Shown here piece by piece: positions 25,301-37,999 of a stretch of 64,000 bases of DNA. Both the position numbers and the translations under genes were made by a program. The DNA comes from Eledone cirrhosa (Eukaryota), in assembly GCA_964016885.1 (NCBI GenBank), contig OZ024744.1, forward strand, positions 66,650,001 to 66,714,000. The letters are read 5' to 3'. Under the pieces are notes generated by a model. It did no database searches. It was not told the origin of the DNA and was given only the letters and a program-made list of their open reading frames with translations. Every line of letters starts with the position of its first letter. Position 1 is the first letter of the stretch.

Positions 25301-27339
25301 TACCAGTGAAGGAAGGAGTGTAGCAGTGAAGGAAGGAGTGTACCAGTGAATGAAGGAGTGTACCAGTGAAGGAAGAGTGCAGCAGTGAATGAAGGAGTGT
25401 ACCAGTGAAGCAAGGAGTGCAGCAGTGAATGAAGGAGTGTACCATGAAGGAAGGAGTGCAGCAGTGAATGAAGGAGTATACCAGTGAAGGAAGGAGTGTA
25501 CCAGTGAATGAAGGAGTGTACCAGTGAAGGAAGAGTGCAGCAGTGAATGAAGGAGTGTACCAGTGAAGGAAGGAGTGCAGCAGTGAATGAAGGAATGTAC
25601 CAGTGAAGGAAGGAGTGTACCAGTGAAGGAAGGAGTGTACCAGTGAAGGAAGGAGTGTAGCAGTGAATGAAGGAGTGTACCAGTGAAGGAAGGAGTGCAG
25701 CAGTGAATGAAGGAGTGTACCAGTGAAGGAAGGAGTGCAGCAGTGAATGAAGAGTGCAGCAGTGAATGAAGGAGTGCAGCAGTGAATGAAGGAGTGTACC
25801 AGTGAAGGAAGGAGTGCAGCAGTGAATGAAGGAGTGTACCAGTGAAGGAAGGAGTGCAGCAGTAAATGAAGGAGTGTACCAGTGAAGGAAGGAGTGCAGC
25901 AGTGAATGAAGGAGTGTACCAGTGAAGGAAGGAGTGCAGCAGTGAATGAAGGAGTGTACCAGTGAAGGAAGGAGTGCAGCAGTGAATGAAGGAGTGTACC
26001 AGTGAAGGAAGGAGTGCAGCAGTGAATGAAGGAGTGTACCAGTGAAGGAAGGAGTGCAGCAGTGAATGAAGGAGTGTACCAGTGAAGGAAGGAGTGCAGC
26101 AGTGAATGAAGGAGTGTACCAGTGAAGGAAGGAGTGCAGCAGTGAATGAAGGAGTGTACCAGTGAAGGAAGGAGTGCAGCAGTGAATGAAGGAGTGTACC
26201 AGTGAAGGAAGGAGTGCAGCAGTGAATGAAGGAGTGTACCAGTGAAGGAAGGAGTGCAGCAGTGAATGAAGGAGTGTAGCAGTGAAGGAAGGAGTGTACC
26301 AGTGAATGAAGGAGTGTACCAGTGAAGGAAGGAGTGCAGCAGTGAATGAAGGAGTGTACCAGTGAAGGAAGGAGTGCAGCAGTGAATGAAGGAGTGTACC
26401 AGTGAAGGAAGGAGTGCAGCAGTGAATGAAGGAGTGTACCAATGAAGGAAGGAGTGTAGCAGTGAATGAAGGAGTGTACCAGTGAAGGAAGGAGTGTACC
26501 AGTGAAGGAAGGAGTGCAGCAGTGAATGAAGGAGTGTACCAATGAAGGAAGGAGTGTACCAGTGAATGAAGGAGTGTACCAATGAAGGCAGGAGTGCAGC
26601 AGTGAATGAAGGAGTGTACCAGTGAAGGAAGGAGTGTACCAGTGAAGGAAGGAGTGCAGCAGTGAATGAAGGAGTGTACCAATGAAGGAAGGAGTGCAAC
26701 AGTGAATGAAGGAGTGTACCAGTGAAGGAAGGAGTGCACCAGTGAATGAAGGAGTGTAGCAGTGAAGGAAGGAGTGCAGCAGTGAATGAAGGAGTGTACC
26801 AGTGAATGAATGAGTGCATCAGTGAAGGAAGGACTGTACCAGGGAATATGGAGTGCATGAGTGAAGGAAGGAGTGTACCAGTGAAGGAAGGAGTGTATCA
26901 GTGAATGAAGGACTGCACCAGTGAAGGAAGGAGTTCACCAGTGAATGAAGGACTGCACCAGTGAAGGAAGGAGTGTATCAGTGAATGAAGGAATGCAGCA
27001 GTGAAGAAATGAGTGTAGCAGTGAATGAAGGAATGCACAAGTGAATGAAGGAGTTCACCAGTGAATTAAGGAGTGCAGCAGTGAATGAAAAAGTGCACCA
27101 ATGAATAAAAGAGTGCACCACTGAATGAATGAATGCTTCAATGAAGGAAGGAGTGCACCACTGAATGAATGAATGCATCAGTGAATGAAGGAGTGCACCT
27201 CTGAATGAATGAATGCATCAGTGAAGGAAGGAGTGCATCAGTGAATGAAGAACTTTATCAGTGAATGAATGAATGCACCAGTGAATGAAGGAGTGCAGCA
27301 GTGAATGAAGGAGTGTGTCAGTAAATGAGGGAGTGCACC
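19350..27339. repeat. ~8-kb satellite of 20-bp units (cagtgaaggaaggagtgtac / cagtgaatgaaggagtgcag) with 40-bp dimer and kb-scale higher-order structure
   Basis: About 400 tandem units with a purine-rich + strand. The core is homogeneous and the right edge (26800-27339) is degenerate. Confidence 0.97.
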
Positions 27340-27516
27340 GTGGGCCAATAATTCTAGTAAAAAGATGAGATAGCTAAAGTAAAAAGTAAACCACCTCCAA
27401 ATATGATAAAGACTTTAGCAATAAAGTCTATTGTCATCAGATTAAACTTCTGATTTTCTTACTGAAAGGAAAATGTTAAAGAAAAAGGTTTTCTTTTTTC
27501 TATTTTTCAATTATGC

Positions 27517-29023
27517 CATGATAAAATATACCTAACCCAGTCTGTAAAGTAGCAGAACCCGTCGCATGATAAAATACACCTAACCCAGTCTGTAAAGTAG
27601 CAGAACCTGTCGCATGATAAAATACACCTAACCCAGTCTGTAAAGTAGCAGAACCTGTCGCATGATAAAATACACCTAACCCAGTCTGTAAAATAGCAGA
27701 ACCTGTCGCATGATAAAATACTAGTAACCCAGTCTGTAAAATAGCAGAATTGGTGGCATGGTAAATTGTTAGTAACCCAGTCTGTAAAATAGCAGAACTG
27801 GTGCCATGATAAAATACTGGTAACCCTCTCTGTAAAGTAGCAGAACTGGTGGCATGGTAAATTGTTAGTAACCCACTCTGTAAAATAGCAGAATTGATGC
27901 CATGGTAAATTGCTAGTAACCCACTCTGTAAAATAACAGAATTGGTGCCATGATAAAATACTGGTAACCCACTCTGTTAAGTAGCAGAATTGGTGGCATG
28001 GTAAATTACTAGTAACTCACTCTGTTAAATAACAGAATTGGTGCCATGGTAAATTACTAGTAACCCACTCTGTAAAATAACAGAATTGGTGGCATGGTAA
28101 ATTGCTAGTAACCCACTCTGTAAAATAACAGAATTGGTGGCATGGTAAATTGTTAGTAACCCACTCTGTAAAATAACAGAATTGGTGCCATGGTAAATTG
28201 TTAGTAACCCACTCTGTAAAATAACAGAATTGGTGGCGTGGTAAATTACTAGTAACCCCTCTGTAAAATAGCAGAACTGGTGCCATGGTAAATTACTAGT
28301 AACCCCCTCTGTAAAATAGCAGAATTGGTGCCATGGTATATTACTAGTAACCCACTCTGTAAAATAACAGAATTAGTGCCATGGTAAATTACTAGTAACC
28401 CACTCTGTAAAATAGCCGAATTGGTGGCATGGTAAATTGTTAGTAACCCCCTCTGTAAAATAGCAGAATTGGTGACATGGTAAATTACTAGTAACCCACT
28501 CTGTAAAATAACAGAATTTGTGGCATGGTAAATTACTAGTAACCCACTCTGTAAAATAGCAGAAATGGTGGCATGGTAAATTTCTAGTAACCCACTCTGT
28601 AAAATAACAGAATTGGTGCCATGGTAAATTACTAGTAACCCACTCTGTAAAATAACAGAATTGGTGGCATGATAAATTGCTAGTAACCCACTCTGTAAAA
28701 TAGCAGAATTGGTGGCATGGTAAATTACTAGTAACCCACTCTGTAAAATAACAGAATTGGTGGCATCGTAAATTGCTAGCAACCCACTCTGTAAAATAGC
28801 AGAATTGATGGCATGGTAAATTGTTAGTAACCCACTCTGTAAAATAGCAGAATTGATGGCATGGTAAATTGTTAGTAACCCACTCTGTAAAATAGCAGAA
28901 TTGATGGCATGGTAAATTGTTAGTAACCCACTCTGTAAAATAACAGAATTGGTGGCATGGTTAATTACTAGTAACCCACTCTGTAAAATAACAGAATTGG
29001 TGCCATGATAAATTACAGCTAAT
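27517..29023. repeat. 48-bp minisatellite, ~31 copies
   Basis: Unit catggtaaattactagtaacccactctgtaaaatagcagaattggtgg; degenerate copies continue at 29304-29570. Confidence 0.95.
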
Positions 29024-29303
29024 CAGACGCATAATGAGGGAAAATAGCACCAATGACAAGCTGTGAAATTGCACCTCTGCCCAGCACTGTATTTTTACCT
29101 ATGGGCCTAACAATTTATATAAATGGTTAAATGATCCTGTCACCATAGTGTTCTCACCTATGATAATCAAAGACAGATTGTACATCTGAAGGAGTTTCTT
29201 TTTTCTCTCCAACAAGGCTTATTTGATTTTAATAGAACGTGCTCCTAGTTCATGTAGAACCCATGGCACATGCCATGCTTGACATGCCCTAGTTATGCAT
29301 CTG
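29024..29303. mobile_element. hAT-type MITE (same family as 36718-36999)
   Basis: TIRs cagacgcataatgaggg / ccctagttatgcatctg; the internal sequence matches the second copy. Degenerate 8-bp flanks cagctaat / cgcctaaa. Confidence 0.8.
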
Positions 29304-29637
29304 CGCCTAAACCACTCTGGAAATTAGCAGAACCGGTGCCATGATAAAATACACCTAACCCATTCTGTAAACTAGCAGAATTGATGCATGATAAAAGGTC
29401 TGGTGCTATTATGAAAATCTATAAGTCTACTCTGTAAGGCTGTAGTACTAGTGCCATAAGAAAAATGCACTCAATCCACCTAGTTAAATGGTAATGCTGG
29501 AGTTACAATAAAATTCTCCCAATGCATGCTGTAAAATAGTTGGCATTAGGAAGGGTTTCATGTCATAGAAACTGAGCTAAAGAAGGAGTATATGAGCATA
29601 TTGTGTCTAGTCTCAGTATGTCATAATCTTCCTAACC

Positions 29638-30408
29638 CAGGGTTTCCCAACCTTTTTTTCAGCCAGCGCCCCCTTTGGTACACATTTTTTTGCCAACACC
29701 CCCATCTCAAATTGAATTTCAAAGGTACTGAATTCATCATACATTAGTGCAAAAGTAATTTTAATATTGTCTTAATTTTCTAAAAACCCAAAAAATGTTT
29801 TTAGCTGAGGTGTAATTTTATAATTAAAACAAATTCAAAATTTAAATTTCGGAACATAAGACTTACTACGTTATCTGGTGTATGATTGCAGTTCGAATGG
29901 GTACAAAATCTAAAACAAATGTGTGTGTGTGTGGTTGGCCAGGCGTCAATTTAAGTTCAATCGCAGAAAGGAATTCAAAACGGCAACACACTCACATACA
30001 TACAAAAATACCCAAACATACCCATACATACACACACATATCAGCCACTCCCAAAGGCCATTTTTATCCAAAATTCTGACCACCATTCTTTATATATTTG
30101 CACACAAATACACACATTCAGATTTTCGTTTAGTCATTTGTCACCATTCATTTTTTTTTGTCACCATTCATTTTTTTTTTGTCTTTGTTTTGGGGGTTTC
30201 ACTTTAGCGACACCACTTATACCTGGTACCAGGAATTCACTTGGTGTCGCCAAAGTGGAAAAGTGTTTTTAACATTTTTGAAAATTTGAAAGAAAAAAAT
30301 AGATAAAAATGCCCACTGCCCACCTGAGTATATTCACCGCCCTCCAAATGAAATAAAAACTCCCAGTGCCCTCTCTCAAAACAACAGCGCCCACAGTGGG
30401 AAACACTG
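29638..30408. mobile_element. Non-autonomous hAT (Charlie-like) DNA transposon
   Basis: TIRs CAGGGTTTCCCA / TGGGAAACACTG and a perfect 8-bp TSD TCCTAACC on both sides. Confidence 0.9.
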
Positions 30409-30431
30409 TCCTAACCCATTCAAACATTAAA

Positions 30432-31113
30432 TGGTGTTGATGGTGGTGGTGATGATGATGATGATGATTTGATGACGATGATGATGATGACAATGATGAA
30501 GACGGTGATGATGATGATGATGTCAGTGATGACAACGATTATGATAACAATGATGGTGATGATGATGATGATGATGATGGTGGGGGTGATGATGGTGAAG
30601 TGATGAGGGTGGAGTGATGATGGTGGGGTGATTATGATGGTGGTCGGTCATGATGATGAGGGTGGTCATGATGATGATGATGATGATGATGGTGGTGTGA
30701 TGATGGTGATGTGATGATGGTGGGGTGGTGATGGTGGTGATGGTGGGTTGATGATGATGATGATGATGATGACGATGATGATAATTATGATGATGATGAT
30801 GATTTTAATAGCATGTGATATGTACTTATAGATTGCACAGAACATAGAATGGCAATTGAAATATGTGTCATTTGTTTCTAATGAACCAAAAATTAAAACT
30901 CAATGCCATTGTTCAATAATAATTGCTTTTATTGAATGTCATCATCATCATTATCATCATCATCATTGTCACTGTCATCATCATCATCATCATTATTGTT
31001 ATCATCATCATCCTCATCATTATCATCATAATCATCACCCCACCTTCATCATCACCACCACCACCATCACCACCACCACGACCTTCACCATCACCATCAT
31101 CATCATCATTATT
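30432..31113. repeat. Two opposed (GAT/GGT)n and (CAT/CAC)n low-complexity tracts
   Basis: gat/ggt tract at 30432-30803 and the complementary cat/cac tract at 30939-31113. Confidence 0.9.
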
Positions 31114-31455
31114 ATGAGGATGTTGAAGAGGCATAAATGGTAGAGCACTAGATTAAATAAATGCCTGGTGGTGTTTTGCTACATCCTTTTAAGTTATGAG
31201 TTCAATTCCTACGAGGGACGGTCAGTTTTTGTTTGTTTTTTGTCTTTCATCCATTCATTTCCAGTGTCAATAAAAATAAGTACCAGCCATATATTGAATC
31301 AATTCAACCAACTACACACCCTTACCCTACAAATTAGTGGCTTTCTGCCAATATGGGAAATCCTTAATAAGGAACAGCAACACAAGAAATTTTCTTTTTC
31401 CTTTTTGTTACAGCTGCTGTCATCATATTTTGTTGCTGATTAGATTGGTATAAAT

Positions 31456-31502
<47 letters not shown>

Positions 31503-32247
31503 AAGTGGTGTTGTTTTGTCATCATTATAGTTGGTGTTGACATCTTTGTTGGTGTTGCTGTTGTTGTCCACAAGGAGTCCTTACTGGAAAAGAAGGGACT
31601 CCTTGCTTGAGGGTTTCAAGGGCATCCTTTGAAACTGTAGTGATCTCTCAAGGCAAAAATAATAGGAAGAAGGGAGATTCTTTTACCATAAAGTCGAAAG
31701 GAATTAAAGATGAAAGCTCTGTGACATAGATTATAGCCAGAGGCCAACACGGCAGAAGAAAAGACGACTAAATGAAAAGATTATTTATTGTGGAAAGGAA
31801 AAGAAAGAAAGAATTTCACACAGATCCAAGGAATGGATGGAATGATGGTGACAGAAAAATTTAGTGATAGCGAGATGATGTTTGTAGGATTCTTTGATTT
31901 CTTACAAAGAATTAGAGGATTGTCCATGTAAAATCCAATGCAAAATTATATATATTCTGAAATGCACCAGCAAATGAAAAGTAACAACGTAAACAAAATC
32001 AGCCAGGTGACCTAGATAATTTTGTTAGAATAAAAACTCAGAAATAACATCTTTCATTAATGAAAAAATTGGTAAGCAAGAATCTCAGACTGAACAGTGA
32101 GCTATATATGAATACATTTCTTTTGAAGAAAGCAGGCCAATGGGTAGAAAGATACATTATTATTCACTCAATTCAAAATACAATAACAACAACAACAACA
32201 ATAATAATAACAACAACTATAATAATAATAATAATAATAATAATAAT

Positions 32248-32422
32248 TGTTTCTACTTTAGGCACAAGGCCAGCAATTACCCAGTGCATTACTGGTACTT
32301 TATTTTATCGACCCCGCAAGGATGAAAGGCAAAGTCAACCTCGGCGGGATTTGAACTCAGATCGTAAAGGGACGTAACTATGCTGGAAAGCATGGCGTCT
32401 GACCCTCTACCAATCCACCGCC
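32248..32422 (-). mobile_element. SINE family A copy embedded in (AAT)n
   Basis: (aat)n-tgtttctactttaggcacaaggcc...caatccaccgcc-(aat)n. Confidence 0.9.
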
Positions 32423-32809
32423 AATAATAATAATAATAATAATAATCTCTATAATAATAGGTGCCCTGAGAATGATAAAAAAAAAACATATTACAAAGAT
32501 TACTGTCAATACAGTAGAAATAACAACACCAAGAACAATACTGCACATACCCAAGGCACACTGAGCTGTGCTCGGTAAGGCAGTAATAACACGCAATATA
32601 AATAAGACTAATAATAATTGTTTCTAAATTTGGCACAAAGCCAGCAATTTGAAGGCAGGGGAAAGTTGATTAAATCGACTCCAATCTGTTACTGGTGCTT
32701 TACAATAATAACCTTATATAAAATGATTGGAGAAGTGTGCGACTGTGCCCAATTTATTACTTTACATCATGTTATTAAAATAAGTCGGATTACTTTAAAT
32801 AAATCATGA

Positions 32810-33092
32810 ATGAATAAGAAGTGTGCAAAAAAAGAAGACTGCATTGGTACAGACATGTCATACATATGGATGATAGGCACTGGGTGAAAAGGTGCCAGAT
32901 CACAGTGGAGGGAAGCCACAGAAGAGGTAAACCAAGGAAGACCTGGGCAGAGGTGATGAGAGCTGATCTCAAATCACTGAAACTCACAGAGGAGATGACG
33001 AAGGAATGTGCCAAGTGGGGAGATGCTGTGCTGAAAAGGACCCATCCAAGCTTAGAAAAGTGAATGAGAAAATGTTGTTGATGATGATGATG
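32810..33092 (+). mobile_element. RTE LINE 3' end
   Basis: KRRLHWYRHVIHMDDRHWVKRCQITVEGSHRRGKPRKTWAEVMRADLK followed by a (GAT)n tail. Confidence 0.85.
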
Positions 33093-33277
33093 TATATTTA
33101 TTACAAATTCTATTATTGTTATCCCTATTGATTTCTTTGCAGTGATGTCCCCTTTCCTTCACTTCATGTAAACCATACCATATTATTTGTTTGTTTGTTT
33201 ATTTTTGTCCTTGTATTGTCTTGAATGTCTTGTGTTTTTGTAACCAACTAAAAAAAATTATTATTATTTATATTTTT

Positions 33278-33578
33278 TCACACTTGCATGGGTTGGATAG
33301 GTCCTTTTCAGTACCATTTTCCTTCATCCTATCCAATGTGAGTTTCAGTGATATGAGATCAGCTTTCACCAACTCTGCCCAGGTCTTCCTTAGTATACCT
33401 CTTATGTGGCTTCCCCCCCCACTGGGATCTCCTGGCATCTCTTCATCCAGAAACTATCATCCATATGCATGACATGTTCGTACCAATGCAGTCTTCTCTC
33501 TTGCAGACTTCTGATTCCTCTTAAACCTGGTTTCTCCCTCAGTTCATACAAACTCTGCCTTTTTCTCACATTTACACT
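33278..33578 (-). mobile_element. RTE LINE 3' end (opposite orientation to the copy at 32810)
   Basis: Reverse complement of the same segment (cttgcatgggttgga...taccaatgcagtcttctctcttgca). Confidence 0.75.
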
Positions 33579-33589
33579 GATTTTTCTCT

Positions 33590-35575
33590 TCAGGTAAAAC
33601 CTGATAGGTTAATTAGGGCTTTGACAAAAAGGAAACTGCATGTCTTCAACCTTTTCAAGCAAGTCTACCACACAACCTCTTCTGCCATGACCACTAGTCA
33701 GGTAAAAACTGCCCGTCTTTCCCTCAAAAGCAGATAGCAGCGCGATCTTCACAATGGACTTAGTTGATACTTAGATCCATTCTACATGTGACAGCAGGTG
33801 TTCGACATAAAACCATAGATCAGCAATACTTGGAATACTTGATGAGTGCATGAAGGATGGTTTTGTTGCCCTACATGCATCTCAAGCAGACCTGGTTGAC
33901 AGTACTTCCATGCTTGTAGAGTTTATAGTGAACTGGCAAAGCTCCTAGGTAGCACTGCCAAATCAGGGATTTCTGGAAATTATCCATGGACCCTTGACAG
34001 AAAGTCCTCTGGAAAAGAGTGGCTAGTTGATTTTCATCAACCTCTAGTGTCTCTCCGAGAATGTCGTTTTTAACCACAACAAAACCTCTAAAGAAAGCTA
34101 AAATGGAATTTCCACCCATTGCACTGCCTGGCTGGCTGAAGGCTGTGTGTACTTGAAGACATTCCAGTTTCCAAGCACTCCCTCTCGGTTTTCACTTGAC
34201 CTAGGACTCTGTCAGAGATAAGCTGTGGAAAACTGCATCTAGCAAACAGTGACCACACTTGTTCACCATCGAAGTAAAGTTGGAGATGTCATAGCCTGAG
34301 CACATGTTTGCACATCATCAGCCATGGCATGCCCAGTCCTCCATTTAGTGGGTGTTGGCTGCAAATGGTCTGCTGACCACTGGCACACATCCCTTCCACA
34401 AAAGGAAAAAGAGCAAACGTTCCAGTGCAGTTAGATGTGGCCCAGGACAAAGCACAAAAGTCAGTAGGTAGTAGATGATGGACATGATGTACGTATTTGC
34501 CATCTCTGCCCCACCTTTCAAAGATAGCTTTCTCTCGGTTGATTTCTGGGTAAGAGTGGCTACTCTATCTGTAACCTCACCCCAAGTTTTGTGCATCTGG
34601 AGGTTTGGTCAAAACCAGACCCTGAGCAATTTAACTGGTCTGTCCATCTAACACCTACCAAGTTTGTTGGATAGCATGGACTTGCTTCTCCAGGTGCCAA
34701 GCTGCAGACCCACCAACTTTTCTGAGTTAATTTTTGCTTCTGTTTTTGCTTTGTATTCCTCAAGAGCAGTGTTGATCAACTTAATATGTTTTCTGCTTGA
34801 CACCACTATGGTGACATCATCAGCATATACTGACACAGATTTTCCACATCCAAGTTCATGTGGGATGCCTCTCAATGTCACCAATTTGTGTAGTAGAGAG
34901 TCAATACAACAGAAATGAGAGAAGACAATGTTGGCAAACCGAGTGCATGATGTTGAATGGTTCTGAGAAGTAGCTGTTCACTCTAACCACTGAATAGATA
35001 TTGCTGTGCATTGCAGCAATACATCCTCTGAATACAGTTATGAAGCCCACTGCCACGAGGGCTGCCATCAGGTACTGACTGATCTAAGTTGATCAAGGCC
35101 CTACCTGTGCCAGGTTCCTTAGCTACCTTCTCAATAATGTATCACATAAGGTGGAAGTTGTTATGAATGGATCTATCTGGAGTGGAACATGTTTGCACCT
35201 CTCTTACCATATCACCAACGAGATACACCAACCTCGATGGTAACACCTTTATCAAAATTTTAAACACTGCATTTAGCAGAGTTATGGACCTAAAATTCCC
35301 ACTTGTTCTGCTCCTTTCTCAGCAGTGCCACTGCTCCACAGCTCAGAGAACTGGAAATTATCTTGTTCTGCTGCCAGTTGGCATAGCCATCTGCTAAGAT
35401 GTTACTGAACAAATGTGATATGTATTCATAAAGCTTATAGGGCAAAAGATCCAATTCGAGGGGATATGCCTCTTTTGCAGTTGGTCATCGCATTAGCCAT
35501 TTCATTGGCTATTATCTGCTTTTCACTACACTTTGCCTCCCTCACTGAGAGCCACAACAGGCCATCGAGGTAGGG
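33590..35575 (-). mobile_element. Old decayed Tx1/L1-type LINE ORF2 (same family as the 48-64 kb copies)
   Basis: SVSVYADDVTIVVS, KLVGLQLGTWR, ERKLSLKGGAEMAN and MDNFQKSLIWQCYLGALPV...KLYKHGS. Confidence 0.9.
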
Positions 35576-35615
35576 AGTGAAGGGGAAGAGGAGAAGGAGG
35601 AGGAGAAGAAGGGGA

Positions 35616-35681
35616 GAAGAAGAAGAAGAAGAAGAAGAAGAAGAAGAAGAAGAAGAAGAAGAAGAAGAAGAAGAAGAAGAA
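35616..35681. repeat. (GAA)n microsatellite
   Basis: Pure gaa run; another lies at about 47446-47512. Confidence 0.95.
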
Positions 35682-36033
35682 GGGCTATTAGAAAATAATA
35701 ATTATGAAACTGTTAGAATTCTCTGGTTAACTCAATTTATCTTTGAATATGAAACAATTTATACTTTCTATGAATAAAGGTTAGAAATGTATCAGGAGAA
35801 AGAATAAAACAAAAACAGCTGATATATAAATGTGTGAGTTTATGTTTTTACCATTGATCTCATCTAACAAAGCATGAATTTGGAGAATTTATCTAAAAAA
35901 GCATCTTTCAAATAAAAGTATTATTTAGTTGATACATAGTAAATTATTAATACTCTGGAAAAGAGTAAAGAGTAGATTAATAACTCATGCATTAGAAGAC
36001 AGTAGTACTTAATTGATATAGAATAAGATATAA

Positions 36034-36309
36034 CCCTTTAACATTTACATTACTCTCTCTATATACACTATATACGAAACATACAAGAATCTCACTATGA
36101 ACTTCTTTAGCATTCACATTACTCTATATTTACTATTGTTTTTTCAAAGTAAACTCTTTATCTCACATAACTATCTCAAAAATATCGAAGATATGAAATT
36201 TTGATGTTATTTATTTGGCGAACAATACCTTAACATCAGTTATGGCCAGTTTGAACAGAAATAGTTTAGAGAATTCTGGCCGAATACAGCCAGTTTAAAT
36301 GCTAAAGGG
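36034..36309 (+). mobile_element. piggyBac-type MITE with duplicated left end
   Basis: taa|ccctttaacatttacattactc..., a second ctttagcattcacattactc near 36105, and the end gctaaaggg|ttaa. Confidence 0.8.
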
Positions 36310-36364
36310 TTAATACTGTATTGAAAGAAAAAAATAATCTGGATGATAAGCATTATTAATAGAA

Positions 36365-36549
36365 GGGCGGTGGATTGACAGTATCGGTAGAGGATCGGAC
36401 GCCATGCTTTCCAGCATAGTTACGTCCCTTTACGATCTGAGTTCAAATCCCGCCGAGGTTGACTTTGCCTTTCATCCTTACGGGGTCGATAGAATAAAGT
36501 ACCAGTAATGCACTGGATAATTGCTGGCCTTGTGCCTAAAGTAGAAACA
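36365..36549 (+). mobile_element. SINE family A, full length, with ~13-bp TSD
   Basis: Flanks attattaatagaa / attattagtagaa; A and B boxes present; ends ggccttgtgcctaaagtagaaaca. Confidence 0.9.
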
Positions 36550-36717
36550 ATTATTAGTAGAACAGCAGGCAAAATACTATGTGGCATTTAGTTGTGTTTC
36601 TTTGTAGATCAACATTATCTTTCACCCAATTAGAGGCAGTGAAATAAATACCAGTTAACATACTGATGGTTGATTTAATCGATTATACTCATTCCTTACA
36701 AATTTGCAGCTTCTGTC

Positions 36718-36999
36718 CAGAGGCATAACTAGGGAAAATAGCTCCTATGCCCAGCACTGTATTTTTACCTATGGTGGTCTAATAATTTATATAAAAGGTT
36801 TAATGATCCAGCCACCATAGTATTCTCACCCATGATAATCAGAAACAGATCATACATCTGAAGAAGAAGCTTTTTTTTTTTTCACTCTCCGAGGAGACTT
36901 ATTTTACTTTAATAGAATGTGCTCCTAGTCCAAGTGGGGCCCCCTTTATGCGGAACCCATGGGACGTGCCATGCTTGCCATACCCTAGTTACACCTCTG
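36718..36999. mobile_element. hAT-type MITE
   Basis: TIRs CAGAGGCATAACTAGGG / CCCTAGTTACACCTCTG and a perfect 8-bp TSD CTTCTGTC. Confidence 0.92.
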
Positions 37000-37778
37000 C
37001 TTCTGTCAATATGAGAAATCAATATATGGCATCTATCGTGTATCTATTTTGCTCTTCATTACTTTCCTTCACTACTATCACAGTACACCACTATTGCTAT
37101 CCTATCATATTGCTTATGCTGCTTTCTATTCAACCTCTTATGACATACCAACAACCAGTATGTAGTTGTCCCTGTCTCTCAATCTCTGCTACCATCGTTT
37201 TATAATTTTACATTTTTTACACTCATATTCATATTTTCTCTTTTTTCAACTTTTTGGCCATCAAATCCCACCCTGGGTTATGGTTGCTTTAACACTTTAG
37301 CATTTACATTACGTTTATAATTTTTACCTTGTAGGCTTATTTAAAATTATTTTTGTAACCGTAATACAATTTTCTGTTAGTTGACCTATACTAAAGGGCT
37401 TTACTGAAATGGTTATGTGTGTTAAAATTTCCCAGTTCCCTGTTATTTGTCTTTATTGCTTAAAAATGTATTCACAATGTATTTATGACTCAATTCACTG
37501 GTTTTCATTAAATTACATATTTTTGACAGCCCTAATAGTTGTTCCAATGTTCAAAAGTGGCCCGCCAATAGAATATGTTGCACACCTCTGTTATAAATAA
37601 ACCACCAGAGTGTCAAGTGAATTAAATTGAAATTCTAAGTAAATGTAGAGCATTGAAAATAACTTTCTATAAATAATAGCTTAGAAGATTAAGTTAAATA
37701 TCTGTAATGGCTGCTGGCCACGTTTTTCTATGGGTTTTTCTAGGGGTATTTTACCTGACTTTCTAAGCTATTATTTAA

Positions 37779-37999
37779 TACTTTATCATTTACATTACTC
37801 TATATTTACTATTGTATTTTCACAGTAAAGGTTGTACCTCGCATAATTATCTCACATAATATCGGATCTATGAGATTTTGATATTATTTATTTTGAGAAC
37901 AATACCTTAACATAAGTATGATCAGCCAGTTATAGCCGGTTTGAGCAGAAAGAGGTAAGACAATTCTGACCAGATACGATCAGTTTAAATGCTAAAGGG
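37779..37999 (+). mobile_element. piggyBac-type MITE
   Basis: ttaa|tactttatcatttacattactc...gctaaaggg|ttaa. Confidence 0.85.

Noticed and set aside
19318-26858. ORFs of 301-1666 aa as protein-coding genes
   Set aside because: They are translations of the 20-bp satellite in all three minus frames, with no unique sequence or domain.
27517-29023. CRISPR array or repeat-protein gene
   Set aside because: It is a pure 48-bp tandem repeat; the short ORFs are repeat translations.
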